NCBI GenBank assembly: GCA_964428315.1
Contig: CAYRXT010000005.1
Span: 12,592-76,591, forward strand
Source of the DNA: an uncultured Planctomycetales bacterium
Lineage (GTDB): Bacteria > Omnitrophota > Gorgyraeia > Zapsychrales > CAYRXT01
Length of the DNA stretch: 64,000 bases
Direction of reading: 5' to 3'
Numbering within the stretch: position 1 is the stretch's first letter; each line of letters starts with the position of its first letter. The position numbers were made by a program, and so were the translations under genes. A model generated the notes under the pieces. That model saw only the letters and a program-made list of their open reading frames with translations. It was not told the origin of the DNA and searched no databases. Positions 50,734-59,664 of this stretch are shown one piece after another.

Positions 50734-51126
50734 TCAGGGGTTGCGCCGGGATTTCAAATCCTCGATAAAGGTGAAGAAGCGGTCATCGTCCCTCAGGTTG
50801 TTGAGATCACCGTCATTCATGATATGATCAAGATCCCGGTATCCGCATTCCACGGCCGTCCGGAGCGACGCCAGGGCGTTTTCTATGTCGCCGGTGAGCG
50901 AATAACTGCAGGCCAGATTGTACAGAACAACGGGATCACGGGGCTTCAGCGCCAGGAGTTTCTGATCGACACAGAGCCCCTTATCGAAAAGTCCTCTCTT
51001 GGTATAAAGATCCCCTAGGGCCATCAGGGCTTCGATGAAGTCCGGCCGTTTGGCCAACACACCCTCATAAAAACAGATCTCATAGTCCAGGTCTTTAAAC
51101 GAAGGACGTCCCAATGAGCTCCCCAT
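50734..51126 (-). CDS. Small TPR protein
   Basis: LGDLYTKRG, YNLACSYS, DGDLNNLRDDDRF. Confidence 0.8.
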   Translation of the reverse strand: MGSSLGRPSFKDLDYEICFYEGVLAKRPDFIEALMALGDLYTKRGLFDKGLCVDQKLLALKPRDPVVLYNLACSYSLTGDIENALASLRTAVECGYRDLDHIMNDGDLNNLRDDDRFFTFIEDLKSRRNP

Positions 51127-51136
51127 CTTTTACGCG

Positions 51137-52303
51137 TTATGTCTTGATTTTCCGGACAAAATCGCCCATCCGGACCAGGGCCTCTTTGATGCTTTCATAG
51201 CTGGAGGCATAGGATATCCGCACGTGACCGTCCATCGAAGGCCCGAAGGCCACGCCCGGGACAACGGCAACCTTCTTTTTCTTCAGCAATTGCTGGGCGA
51301 ATTCCATAGAGGACAGTCCTGTCGAACGGATCGAGGGGAAAACGTAAAACGCCCCTTCCGGCATGGGGCAACTCAGGCCCATGGCGTTGAGCCCCTGAAC
51401 GATGTACCGTCTGCGCCGGTTATATTCCTTCTTCATCTCTATCACCGACGGATATCCTGTCTTGAGGGCATCGACAGCGGCCATCTGAGAGACAATGGAA
51501 GCGCAGAGCATCGTATACTGATGGATCTTCGTCATGGCTGCTATGATCCTCGCCGGGCCGCAGGCGTACCCCAGACGGAATCCCGTCATGGCGTAACTCT
51601 TGGAGAACCCGTTTAGATAGATATGCCGCTTCTTCATCCCCTTGAGAACGCCAAAGGGCGTATGGCTGAAGTCGTAGGTCAGCTCGTCATAAACCTCGTC
51701 GGTAATCACGAGCAGATCGTTCTTCTCGGCCACGCGCGCGATGGCGCGCAATTCCTGGCGGGTATACGAGGCCCCGGTGGGATTGGCCGGGTAGTTGATC
51801 ATCAAGGCCTTGACGCCTCTGCGGCATGCCCGCTCGATCTGTCCGGGGCTCAGCTTGAAGCCTTCCCGCGAACCGGTTTTCAGAAAAACGGGCCGCCCCC
51901 CGGCGAGATCGACCGTCGGACCGTAGGAGACATAGGCCGGCTCGGGAATCAGGACCCGGTCCCGCGGGTTCATGATGGCCCGCATGGCCAGGTCAACGCC
52001 CTCGCTGACACCGACGGTAATCAGGATCTCCTCCTGGGGGTCGTACACCAGGCCGTAACGGCGCTTGAGAAAATGGGCGATCTCCCGCCGCAGCTCCAGC
52101 ATGCCCTTGTTGGACGTGTAGGAGGTGAATCCCTGTTCAAGGACATAGATGGCCGTTTCCCTGATGGGCCAGGGCGAAGAAAAATCCGGTTCACCCACAC
52201 CCAGCGATATGACCTCCTTCATGTTCAGAACCAAGTCAAAGAAGGCCCGGATGCCCGACGGCGGAAGCCGTTCGACTTTCTGTGATATCATCGGCTTGTT
52301 CAT
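51137..52303 (-). CDS. Class I/II PLP-dependent aminotransferase
   Basis: SLGVGEPDF, YPANPTG, DEVY, NGFSKSYAMTGFRLGY. Confidence 0.95.
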   Translation of the reverse strand: MNKPMISQKVERLPPSGIRAFFDLVLNMKEVISLGVGEPDFSSPWPIRETAIYVLEQGFTSYTSNKGMLELRREIAHFLKRRYGLVYDPQEEILITVGVSEGVDLAMRAIMNPRDRVLIPEPAYVSYGPTVDLAGGRPVFLKTGSREGFKLSPGQIERACRRGVKALMINYPANPTGASYTRQELRAIARVAEKNDLLVITDEVYDELTYDFSHTPFGVLKGMKKRHIYLNGFSKSYAMTGFRLGYACGPARIIAAMTKIHQYTMLCASIVSQMAAVDALKTGYPSVIEMKKEYNRRRRYIVQGLNAMGLSCPMPEGAFYVFPSIRSTGLSSMEFAQQLLKKKKVAVVPGVAFGPSMDGHVRISYASSYESIKEALVRMGDFVRKIKT

Positions 52304-52322
52304 AGCGGTTTAGTGTCCGGTC

Positions 52323-52808
52323 TTAAAAAGAAATGTTCAGACGTCTCCGGCGGCGGGTCTTCTTGAGGATCTGCCCGTCTTCCTTGTATTTCTTCAGCAA
52401 GAAGTGCGTGGCCGTGCTGCGGACATTTTCCATCGGAGCGAGTTTTGAGGCCACAAAGCTCGCCACGGTCTGGATATCCGGCCCTTCCACGATAAGCAGA
52501 AGGTCGTAAGCGCCCGAAACAAGATAGCAGCTCACTACCTCCGGAAAACTGTAAATGCGCTCGGCCAGATAATCAAACCCCACGTTCTTCTGCGGCGTGA
52601 TTCCCACCTCAATCAGCGCCCGGACCAGCCCTTTTTGGCTTTCCAGGAGTTCCGGATTGACCACAGTCTTATAACCGACAATGACCCCGGACCGCTCATA
52701 CCGTCTGATGGTTTTTTTCACGGTATCAACCGATTTCCCGGTCAATTTGGCGATTTCCGAAGCGCTCAGCCGGGCGTCCTTAGAGAGAATATCCAGTATT
52801 TCATCCAT
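52323..52808 (-). CDS. Lrp/AsnC-family transcriptional regulator
   Basis: ILDILSKDARLS..EIA HTH, SCYLVSGAYDL, THFLLKKYK; typical pairing with an aminotransferase. Confidence 0.92.
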   Translation of the reverse strand: MDEILDILSKDARLSASEIAKLTGKSVDTVKKTIRRYERSGVIVGYKTVVNPELLESQKGLVRALIEVGITPQKNVGFDYLAERIYSFPEVVSCYLVSGAYDLLLIVEGPDIQTVASFVASKLAPMENVRSTATHFLLKKYKEDGQILKKTRRRRRLNISF

Positions 52809-52983
52809 GATCATCCGCTCCTCTTTAAACGTTTGTGACTTAAGAAAGGCCGCCGTATCATCCGTCTCCGACGGACTATTGCCCCCCCGGCGTGATTGAC
52901 ATTCTATACCATTTCCGCGGGCAGCGCAAACAAAACGGGGAAAATGAAACTCTTCGGACTCACGGCCATAGTCTCCTGATATT

Positions 52984-53062
52984 CTTCGGCGAAATCCGCC
53001 GAAGCCAACCCCGCTTCGCTCCAAAATTTCGCTTCGCTTCATTCGAGGGGTTCGCGGGGTTG
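52984..53062. repeat. Intergenic double hairpin (terminator or REP-like)
   Basis: CTTCGGCG-aaatc-CGCCGAAG, then CAACCCCGC...GCGGGGTTG enclosing repeated GCTTCGCT. Confidence 0.45.
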
Positions 53063-53095
53063 ATCCGCGGAAAGCGTCCGGACAGGAAGAGGCCT

Positions 53096-54160
53096 CTACC
53101 TGTGCCTCTTCAGGTCAATAAGGTCCTTGATCATGGCCATGTCCTTTTTCAGATCCTGAACCACCTGCCGGAGATCCCTGACCCTCTCCTTAAGATGGAC
53201 GTTGGTCTCTTCAAGCTCTTTGATCTGAAGGGTCAGGGCCTCCACGGGGAGCGGAACGGCCAGTTCGGTTTCTAGTCCGGCAATCGCCGTTTCCACCTGC
53301 CCGATCTCGCCCTCCAAGGCTTGCCTTTCTTCTTCCAGGCGATCCTTCTTCTCGCGCGCCTCCTCGAGCGGCCGCTCCTTACGTTCGACACCTCTCTGTA
53401 TCTCCTCCTTGAGCTTCTCAACTCTTCGGCTCAATCGCGCATTGTCTTTACGTACCCGGCTTATCTGTCTCGCGAGCTTTCGATTCTCGTTCTCCAGCTT
53501 TCTCAAATCCTCATCCGATAAAACCCCCTGCCGGATATCCGCAAGGAGGTCCTGTCCAGCCGCCGCCTGGACGGCATCCGTCTCCAGGATCCTGTTTTGA
53601 ATCTTCGCGATCTCTTCCTGCGTCTTTCCGAGAGCCTGTTGTTTTTCCGACAGCAACCGGCTATGCTGTTCCTCGAGAGCGGCATGCTTTTTTTCCAAGG
53701 TCTCCACCTGTGTGCTCAACGGCAGGAGTGTCTTTTTCTCGTGATCGACCTTATCGCGAAGCCGGCCGACCTCTTTCTCAAGGACTCTCCTTTTGAGTTT
53801 GAGTTCATGAACCGTCGCATTGTGCGTCTGCCGGGAATCCGGTTCGGGTGAAGACGGCAGCACGGGCTTCCTGATCTGCGGCATAAGAAGATCAATCTCC
53901 ATTTCAAGCGCAAGGACCTGCTGTCTCAAGCGGTTGTGCTCATCCGTCAGCCTCTCGTTCTCATTGACCAGCTGAAGGGCCAGCTCTCTCAGCTCTCTGA
54001 CATTCATCCGGAGGATATTGGCGACCCATTCCGAGGGAAGGGCGAATTCTTCCTGAACCTCTGCGCCTTCGGGTGAACCCGAAGGCGCGGTCTGCGCCGA
54101 AACGGCGGCGGAAAAACATAAAAACAGGCCGCACAGCGTGAGGATACGGTGTCTCTTCAT
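53096..54160 (-). CDS. Secreted long coiled-coil hypothetical protein
   Basis: Signal peptide ending AVSA; E/K/L/R-rich heptads over about 300 aa; no catalytic domain seen. Confidence 0.75.
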   Translation of the reverse strand: MKRHRILTLCGLFLCFSAAVSAQTAPSGSPEGAEVQEEFALPSEWVANILRMNVRELRELALQLVNENERLTDEHNRLRQQVLALEMEIDLLMPQIRKPVLPSSPEPDSRQTHNATVHELKLKRRVLEKEVGRLRDKVDHEKKTLLPLSTQVETLEKKHAALEEQHSRLLSEKQQALGKTQEEIAKIQNRILETDAVQAAAGQDLLADIRQGVLSDEDLRKLENENRKLARQISRVRKDNARLSRRVEKLKEEIQRGVERKERPLEEAREKKDRLEEERQALEGEIGQVETAIAGLETELAVPLPVEALTLQIKELEETNVHLKERVRDLRQVVQDLKKDMAMIKDLIDLKRHR

Positions 54161-54217
54161 TGTGCCCTCATTATAGTGAGAATTCCTGGGGACGGCAACG
54201 GAAAAACAAAGACGTTG

Positions 54218-55066
54218 TCATCGGCGATCTGATCTGAGCGCGTTTCGAACCAGGCGCCGGTAGTCTCCCGCCAGGGCGCGCGTATATTGTCCCGCGCGCC
54301 CCTTTCCGACGGCAAAACCCTGCACGCGGGTCAAGGGCATCACCTCGATCAGGGCATTCGTCAAAAAGGCCTCATCCGCGTCAAAAAGCTCTTCCGGCCT
54401 CATACGCTTCTGCCGGACGCGAAGGCCCCTCTCGCGGGCGAGCCTGATAACCAACCGGCGCGTTATACCGTCCAGACACCCGCTCGACAAAGAGGGCGTC
54501 ATGAGAATTCCGCTCTTAAGAACAAAAATATTGCTCCGGCTGGCCTCCGCCAGAAAACCCTTGCGGTTGAGCACAAGGGCCTCGTCCTGTCCCCGCTGAC
54601 GGGCCTTTCGCCAGGCCTGCAATAGAGGGAGGTACCGGATGGACTTGATCCGGACCAGCGGAGAATCCTCGTCGCGCCGGATATCGGAAAAGACCGCACG
54701 GTAACCGCGCTTATAAACCGCCGGGGACGGCGGCTGATAAGATGCGGACATAACCGCCAGTCGCGCCCGCTTGCCTTCCTGCCAAACCGTCAAACGGACG
54801 CGGGCGTCTCCCCGAGCGTGCTTCCCGAGGATCTCTCCCAAGAATTCCCTGATCTTCCGGCGGGGATAAGGACACGGCAGTCCAATGACTTCAAGTCCCT
54901 TCATCATCCGGGCAAGGTGTTGTTCCAGCGCAAAGGGCATACTCCGGTAAACCCGCAGCGTCTCAAAAACCCCCTTGCCGCGCAAGATTCCCGGCGTGAG
55001 CCTCCGGACAAGAGACGGCGCGGGGCGCATCATCAGCCCGTCAATCAACAAAGATTTTTTCGCCAT
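54218..55066 (-). CDS. pabC: Class IV aminotransferase / 4-amino-4-deoxychorismate lyase
   Basis: GVFETLR, HLARM, IKS, EASRSNIF, LDGITR, EAFLTN; directly after pabB. Confidence 0.8.
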   Translation of the reverse strand: MAKKSLLIDGLMMRPAPSLVRRLTPGILRGKGVFETLRVYRSMPFALEQHLARMMKGLEVIGLPCPYPRRKIREFLGEILGKHARGDARVRLTVWQEGKRARLAVMSASYQPPSPAVYKRGYRAVFSDIRRDEDSPLVRIKSIRYLPLLQAWRKARQRGQDEALVLNRKGFLAEASRSNIFVLKSGILMTPSLSSGCLDGITRRLVIRLARERGLRVRQKRMRPEELFDADEAFLTNALIEVMPLTRVQGFAVGKGRAGQYTRALAGDYRRLVRNALRSDRR

Positions 55067-56495
55067 GGTCCGTTATGGGAAGGGCGTTCTTATAAACCTC
55101 CTGCAGACACAAAAACAGGGCCCGGGCCTTGATCAGTGTCTCCTCGTATTCCAGCTCGGGGTCCGAATCCGCGACGATGCCCCCGCCGACGTGAAATGTG
55201 GCCCGCCGGTTCTGAACGGCCAGCGAACGGATGAGGATGTTGAGGTCCATCGAACCGGTAAAACTGATGTAGCCCATCGAACCCGTATAAAACCGCCGGG
55301 GCGCGGGTTCGAGTTCCTGGATGATCTGCATCGCGCGGACCTTCGGACACCCGGTTATCGATCCCCCCGGTGAACAGGCCGCGATCAGGTCAAAGCAGTC
55401 TTTATGCGCTCCGAGCCGCCCCTCGATCTGGGACGTCGTCTGAAAGACCGTGGCGTATCTCTCCAATGTGCGCAGGTTTTTTACCCTCACCGAACCGTAT
55501 TCACAGATCCGTCCCAGGTCGTTACGTTCAAGATCGGTGATCATCAGAAGTTCGGCCTTGTCTTTCAAGCTCTCCCATAACTCCCGGCGCAGTCTTTCGT
55601 CCTCGGACCGCCGCGCGTCCCGGCGGCGCGTCCCTTTCATGGGCCGGGTATGGATCCGCCGGCCGCGCAATCTTAAAAACCGTTCGGGAGAGGCGCTCAG
55701 AAGCTGAAAATCGCCGCCGTGAAAATATCCGGCGAAACAGGAAGGCGACACTTTCCTTAACTGCCGATAAAACATGAAGGCATCCGTGTATTCCGTCGAG
55801 GAGGGCAGCGAAATGGTGAACTCCCTGGCCAGGTTGACCTGATAGACATCGCCCCGTCCGATGTGTTCCAGGGCCCTTCCCACTGATTCCATGTATTGCG
55901 CCTTGCTCATGCCGGCCCGCCAGGAAAGCTGGCGGCAGTCCGTATGAAACGCTTCTCGGCCGGATGCGTCAAACGGGGCATCCCTCCTTTGCGTTGCCTC
56001 TCTGACGACAGCCTCCGCCTCTTCAAGACGCCTCCGGGCCCGCACACCGGCGAGCATATGGTCTTTCTCAGGCAGACCCGTGGAGTAGATGACAAGTTCT
56101 CCTGTCATATGATCGATCATGATCACTCGGTCGTAGAACCCGAAGGCCAGCGCGGGGATTAAAAACCCCGGGTCGCGGCGCGGCCTCAGTCCCTCAAGCT
56201 GGATCCCGAAATCGTAACCGAAAAATCCCGCGATCCCCGCCGGAAATAACGGACCAGCCTTCCTGAAGTGCCCGCGGTACTCCGCAAAATGTCCTCGGAG
56301 TTCATCGAAGACGCCCAGGGCATCACCCCTCACCGTCAAAAAGGGATCAAATCCGATAAAAGAATAGCGCCCAAGCCCCGACCGGCGGAGACTGCTCTCA
56401 AAAAAGAACGCGTAAGGCTTGTCCTTCAGGGATTCAAACAGCTTTATACCGTCAACCGGACACCGGAATCTTTTTTCAAAGACGCGCAGGGACAT
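55041..56495 (-). CDS. pabB: Aminodeoxychorismate synthase component I
   Basis: GDVYQVNL, SPERFL, RPMKGT, KDKAELLMITDLERNDLG, PGGSITGCPK, GGGIV. Confidence 0.9.
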   Translation of the reverse strand: MSLRVFEKRFRCPVDGIKLFESLKDKPYAFFFESSLRRSGLGRYSFIGFDPFLTVRGDALGVFDELRGHFAEYRGHFRKAGPLFPAGIAGFFGYDFGIQLEGLRPRRDPGFLIPALAFGFYDRVIMIDHMTGELVIYSTGLPEKDHMLAGVRARRRLEEAEAVVREATQRRDAPFDASGREAFHTDCRQLSWRAGMSKAQYMESVGRALEHIGRGDVYQVNLAREFTISLPSSTEYTDAFMFYRQLRKVSPSCFAGYFHGGDFQLLSASPERFLRLRGRRIHTRPMKGTRRRDARRSEDERLRRELWESLKDKAELLMITDLERNDLGRICEYGSVRVKNLRTLERYATVFQTTSQIEGRLGAHKDCFDLIAACSPGGSITGCPKVRAMQIIQELEPAPRRFYTGSMGYISFTGSMDLNILIRSLAVQNRRATFHVGGGIVADSDPELEYEETLIKARALFLCLQEVYKNALPITDHGEKIFVD

Positions 56496-56496
56496 T

Positions 56497-57315
56497 TTAT
56501 TCCTCCAAATGCACAATGCGGTCGACGCGGAATTCCCGTTCCTCACGCCGAAGATGACAGAACCCGACCAGTACGGTCCGGCGTCTTTCCCGGACGATCC
56601 TTATGGGCGATACGCGCCGCACCGTCCGCGACCCGTAATACGGAGAGAAATACGTCATGTTGACCGGTCTGTCTTCACGGATGGCGCGGTTCAATATGTC
56701 CATCGTCAACTTTTCTTTCTGCGCGGTGTGAGACGTATAGCCGAAATGCGCCGCGAGGTCCTGGATGTCGTTGATCTTTCTCTCCCCCGCCAGGCTCAGC
56801 AGGGGCGCAAAGATCTCATATGTCAACATGACATCGGACATCGCCCTGTGTGTCTGCTGTTGCACGGCCCCGAAAAAACGGGCGACCACCGCCAGGGAGT
56901 AACGCCCCAGTCCTGGGAGCAGGAGCCGGGCCATCTTCAGCGTATCGATCACGGGGGCCTCCAGATCAAGGCGGCCGCCCGTCAGCGACAGCTCGCTGTT
57001 CAAAAAGCCCACGTCGAACCGCGCGTTATGCGCCACCAGGCACGCCCCTCGGGCGAACGCCAGAAACCGCGGCAGGACTTCATCCGCCGCCGGGGCCCCG
57101 TCCACCATATCCTGGGATATGCCGTTGACGGCCATGGCGCCGGGAGAAATCAGCCGCCGTGGATTGACCAGGCTCTCAAATCGCCCGACGGGTTTCATCT
57201 TCTTCAGGCGCAGCCCCGCGATCTCGATGAGCCTGTCGCCCCATCTTGGCGATAGCCCGGTCGTCTCCACGTCAAAGATCACGAACTCGGTGTTATGGAT
57301 GGGATCCCCTTTCAT
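56497..57315 (-). CDS. DEDDh (DnaQ-like) 3'-5' exonuclease with C-terminal WYL domain
   Basis: DVETTG, HNARFD, HRAMSD; C-terminal Y...RRVSP...GFCHLRREEREFRVDRI. Confidence 0.88.
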   Translation of the reverse strand: MKGDPIHNTEFVIFDVETTGLSPRWGDRLIEIAGLRLKKMKPVGRFESLVNPRRLISPGAMAVNGISQDMVDGAPAADEVLPRFLAFARGACLVAHNARFDVGFLNSELSLTGGRLDLEAPVIDTLKMARLLLPGLGRYSLAVVARFFGAVQQQTHRAMSDVMLTYEIFAPLLSLAGERKINDIQDLAAHFGYTSHTAQKEKLTMDILNRAIREDRPVNMTYFSPYYGSRTVRRVSPIRIVRERRRTVLVGFCHLRREEREFRVDRIVHLEE

Positions 57316-58217
57316 GAGTCGACCCGGCTTACGGCATAAACGGGTTCCAGATGCGTGGGGCAAAACGACAGTTTGGCCCGGCTGACCGCGGGCATGGCAA
57401 AATCGTCCATGGCGTTAATGAAACAGAAATCCCTCAAAACCGGATCGTCACAGAATTCCCGGAAGATGAACGTCGCCGCCCCTTTAAGCGACGGATCGGC
57501 GATCTCGAAGAGCACGCAGAATGTCGTGCTGTTGAGGGGGAAACCGAAGGTGTAGGCCCTGATGTCGCCCCCGACGGAAACCGTCCGGCCCTCAAGCCCC
57601 AGTTCCCGGCAAGACGTCATGGCCAGTTCGTGCACGCGGCGATTTTCGTCCAGCATGGCCCGAAAAACCGGATCCGCGATGCGCTGACGCTTAACGTCCG
57701 CCCACCGGTCATAGAGCGCCAGGCATTCCTCCTTCCGGCCGCCGTCGAACACGGCGTACGCGATATCTTCCTGCCTGGCGAAAACATTATAGTCGCCGCG
57801 TCTTGACTTGAAGGCGTTGCCCCGGAGTCCGGCGACATCCCGCCTGTAATAAACGAATTCATATCCCCTTTTATAAATCCGGAACTCTCCCCCGTTGCAA
57901 CACGCCAGCATGCCGCGCGGGACGTTCTCAATGCGCCCCGCGGAAGAGAGCGGGGCCATCGCCTTTAACCGCATGAGGCCCGCCGCCAGGACGCGCGGAC
58001 TCACCTCACGGCCGAGGGGCGGGAGGTAAAGAAAGACGCCCCCGTCGCTCTCGGCCATAAGACATAAACATCCCTCAATCATCTCCAGCCCGTAAGAAAA
58101 GAAATCTTTCCAGAGAAAGATGTTCGCGAAAGAATAGCCCGAAAGCGGCCGTCCGGTTGCGTCGAGAAACTCTTCGATATCTTCTCTGGCCTCCCAGAGA
58201 TCCGCTTCCGCGATCAC
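57312..58217 (-). CDS. DUF2156 (GNAT-like, LPG-synthase C-terminal-like) protein
   Basis: YSFANIFLW, FVYYRRDVAGLRG, EIAD...GAA.FI, INAMDD...AKLSF.P. Confidence 0.8.
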   Translation of the reverse strand: MIAEADLWEAREDIEEFLDATGRPLSGYSFANIFLWKDFFSYGLEMIEGCLCLMAESDGGVFLYLPPLGREVSPRVLAAGLMRLKAMAPLSSAGRIENVPRGMLACCNGGEFRIYKRGYEFVYYRRDVAGLRGNAFKSRRGDYNVFARQEDIAYAVFDGGRKEECLALYDRWADVKRQRIADPVFRAMLDENRRVHELAMTSCRELGLEGRTVSVGGDIRAYTFGFPLNSTTFCVLFEIADPSLKGAATFIFREFCDDPVLRDFCFINAMDDFAMPAVSRAKLSFCPTHLEPVYAVSRVDS

Positions 58218-58759
58218 GCTTCACCCGCAATCCGAATCCCTTCAATCTTGAAGAGATATTCCAGTTCGTCTTCATATGCGGCATAGTCCCCGGCCAGCGA
58301 CCTGTTATCTCTAAGATAGGCGAGGATGTCTTCACCGCAAAAATATTTCCGCAGATATTCGACGTGGCCCATGAATTTCGGAGACTGCCGGAAATCCCGG
58401 ACATAAGGACAGTGCCGGTGCACGGCGACCTCAAAATCACCTCCATGGCGCACCAGAAGAAAAGGATAGAAGCGGCATTCGAAAGGCCGCGTCCTGTAGA
58501 TCTGGCAGAGGTTATCCTCCGGCGAAAGAAAACCGCAGAGACAGCCTCCCCCGGCACAGCCGCGGGCGCGGACCCTCTCATCCGGTCCGGCCGCGGATGA
58601 TCCCTTGAACATCTCGCGGGCCAAAGGGTTCTGCTCGAGGATTCTCTTTTCCGACGGTGTCAACCGCGGGCGCCAGACAGAATCGGCCTCCTTGAAACGG
58701 CAGCACCCTTCGCATGAAAGGCAATACGCCTCTTCTACAAACTGTCTGAGTTCATCCAT
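58214..58759 (-). CDS. YkgJ-family cysteine-cluster protein
   Basis: CLSCEGCC, CGFL...CQIYRTRPFECRFYP. Confidence 0.82.
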   Translation of the reverse strand: MDELRQFVEEAYCLSCEGCCRFKEADSVWRPRLTPSEKRILEQNPLAREMFKGSSAAGPDERVRARGCAGGGCLCGFLSPEDNLCQIYRTRPFECRFYPFLLVRHGGDFEVAVHRHCPYVRDFRQSPKFMGHVEYLRKYFCGEDILAYLRDNRSLAGDYAAYEDELEYLFKIEGIRIAGEA

Positions 58760-58760
58760 T

Positions 58761-59177
58761 TTATTGTCCGATATACTGGACGGCCATCCTGCGCCGGCGG
58801 GAACGGTTGTCGAAATCGACGAAGACGATCTGCTGCCACGTGCCCAGGACAAGATCTCCCCCGCTAACCGGAATGGTGATTGAAGGCCCGACCACGGATG
58901 AGCGCAGATGCGAATGTCCGTTGCCGTCATGCCATGTCTGGTCGTGATGGTAGCGCCCCGGAGGGATCAGCTTGTCGAAGAGTTCGGGGATATCCTTGAT
59001 GAGACCCGGTTCAAACTCGCAGGTCGTGACAGCCGCGGTGGACCCGATCGCGCTGACGGTCACGATCCCCTCCCGGATCTTCGCCTGCTGGACGATTTCC
59101 CGGACGTCGGCTGTCACGTCCCTGACATCACCGCGGCCTTTGGTGTCGAATTCGATATATTCTGTTTGACTCTTCAT
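58761..59177 (-). CDS. YjbQ/UPF0047 family protein (second paralog)
   Basis: GSTAAVTT.EFEPGL, GNGHSHLRS, LGTWQQIVFVDFD. Confidence 0.92.
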   Translation of the reverse strand: MKSQTEYIEFDTKGRGDVRDVTADVREIVQQAKIREGIVTVSAIGSTAAVTTCEFEPGLIKDIPELFDKLIPPGRYHHDQTWHDGNGHSHLRSSVVGPSITIPVSGGDLVLGTWQQIVFVDFDNRSRRRRMAVQYIGQ

Positions 59178-59190
59178 GAGTATATGCCCC

Positions 59191-59511
59191 TCACCTGACC
59201 GGACTCCCCGTCTTGACGTCCGCGTCCGGCTGAAGGACGCGGATCCCCGTGTCGTCCTGGGCCGCCAGCAGCATGCCCTGGGACACCTCGCCTCGGATCG
59301 TGGCCTCTTCCAGATTATTGATAACGACGATCTTGCGTCCGGTCAGCTCTTCCTTCGTGTAATTCTGCCGGATGCCGGCCACCAGCTGTTTGTCTTCTTT
59401 TCCCGTATTGACCTTGAGGACATAGAGTTTATCCGCGTTGGGATGGTCCTTCACCTCCGTGATCTCGGCCACAACAAGTTCCATCTTTTTAAAATCGTCA
59501 AGAGTGACCAT
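59191..59511 (-). CDS. Stand-alone tRNA-binding OB domain (MetG C-terminal/Trbp111/CsaA-like)
   Basis: TLDDFKK, HPNADKLY, VAGI, NLE...RG..SQGMLLAA. Confidence 0.9.
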   Translation of the reverse strand: MVTLDDFKKMELVVAEITEVKDHPNADKLYVLKVNTGKEDKQLVAGIRQNYTKEELTGRKIVVINNLEEATIRGEVSQGMLLAAQDDTGIRVLQPDADVKTGSPVR

Positions 59512-59629
59512 GGGGGCCCCTTTCTTTGGCGCGTTGTTGTTCAGACCGTTTCTTCCAGAAACGTATTTTAACATAGCGCCGCCGCAAATGAAAACACTTC
59601 TCCAGTACGAAAATCCCCGCGGACAATCG

Positions 59630-59658
59630 TTGTCAAAGTTTCCGGCCTCGGATATAAT
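59630..59658 (+). promoter_or_regulatory. Near-consensus sigma70 promoter, probably giving a leaderless mRNA
   Basis: TTGTCA-N17-TATAAT with GTG start 6 nt downstream. Confidence 0.65.
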
Positions 59659-59664
59659 GGGCCC

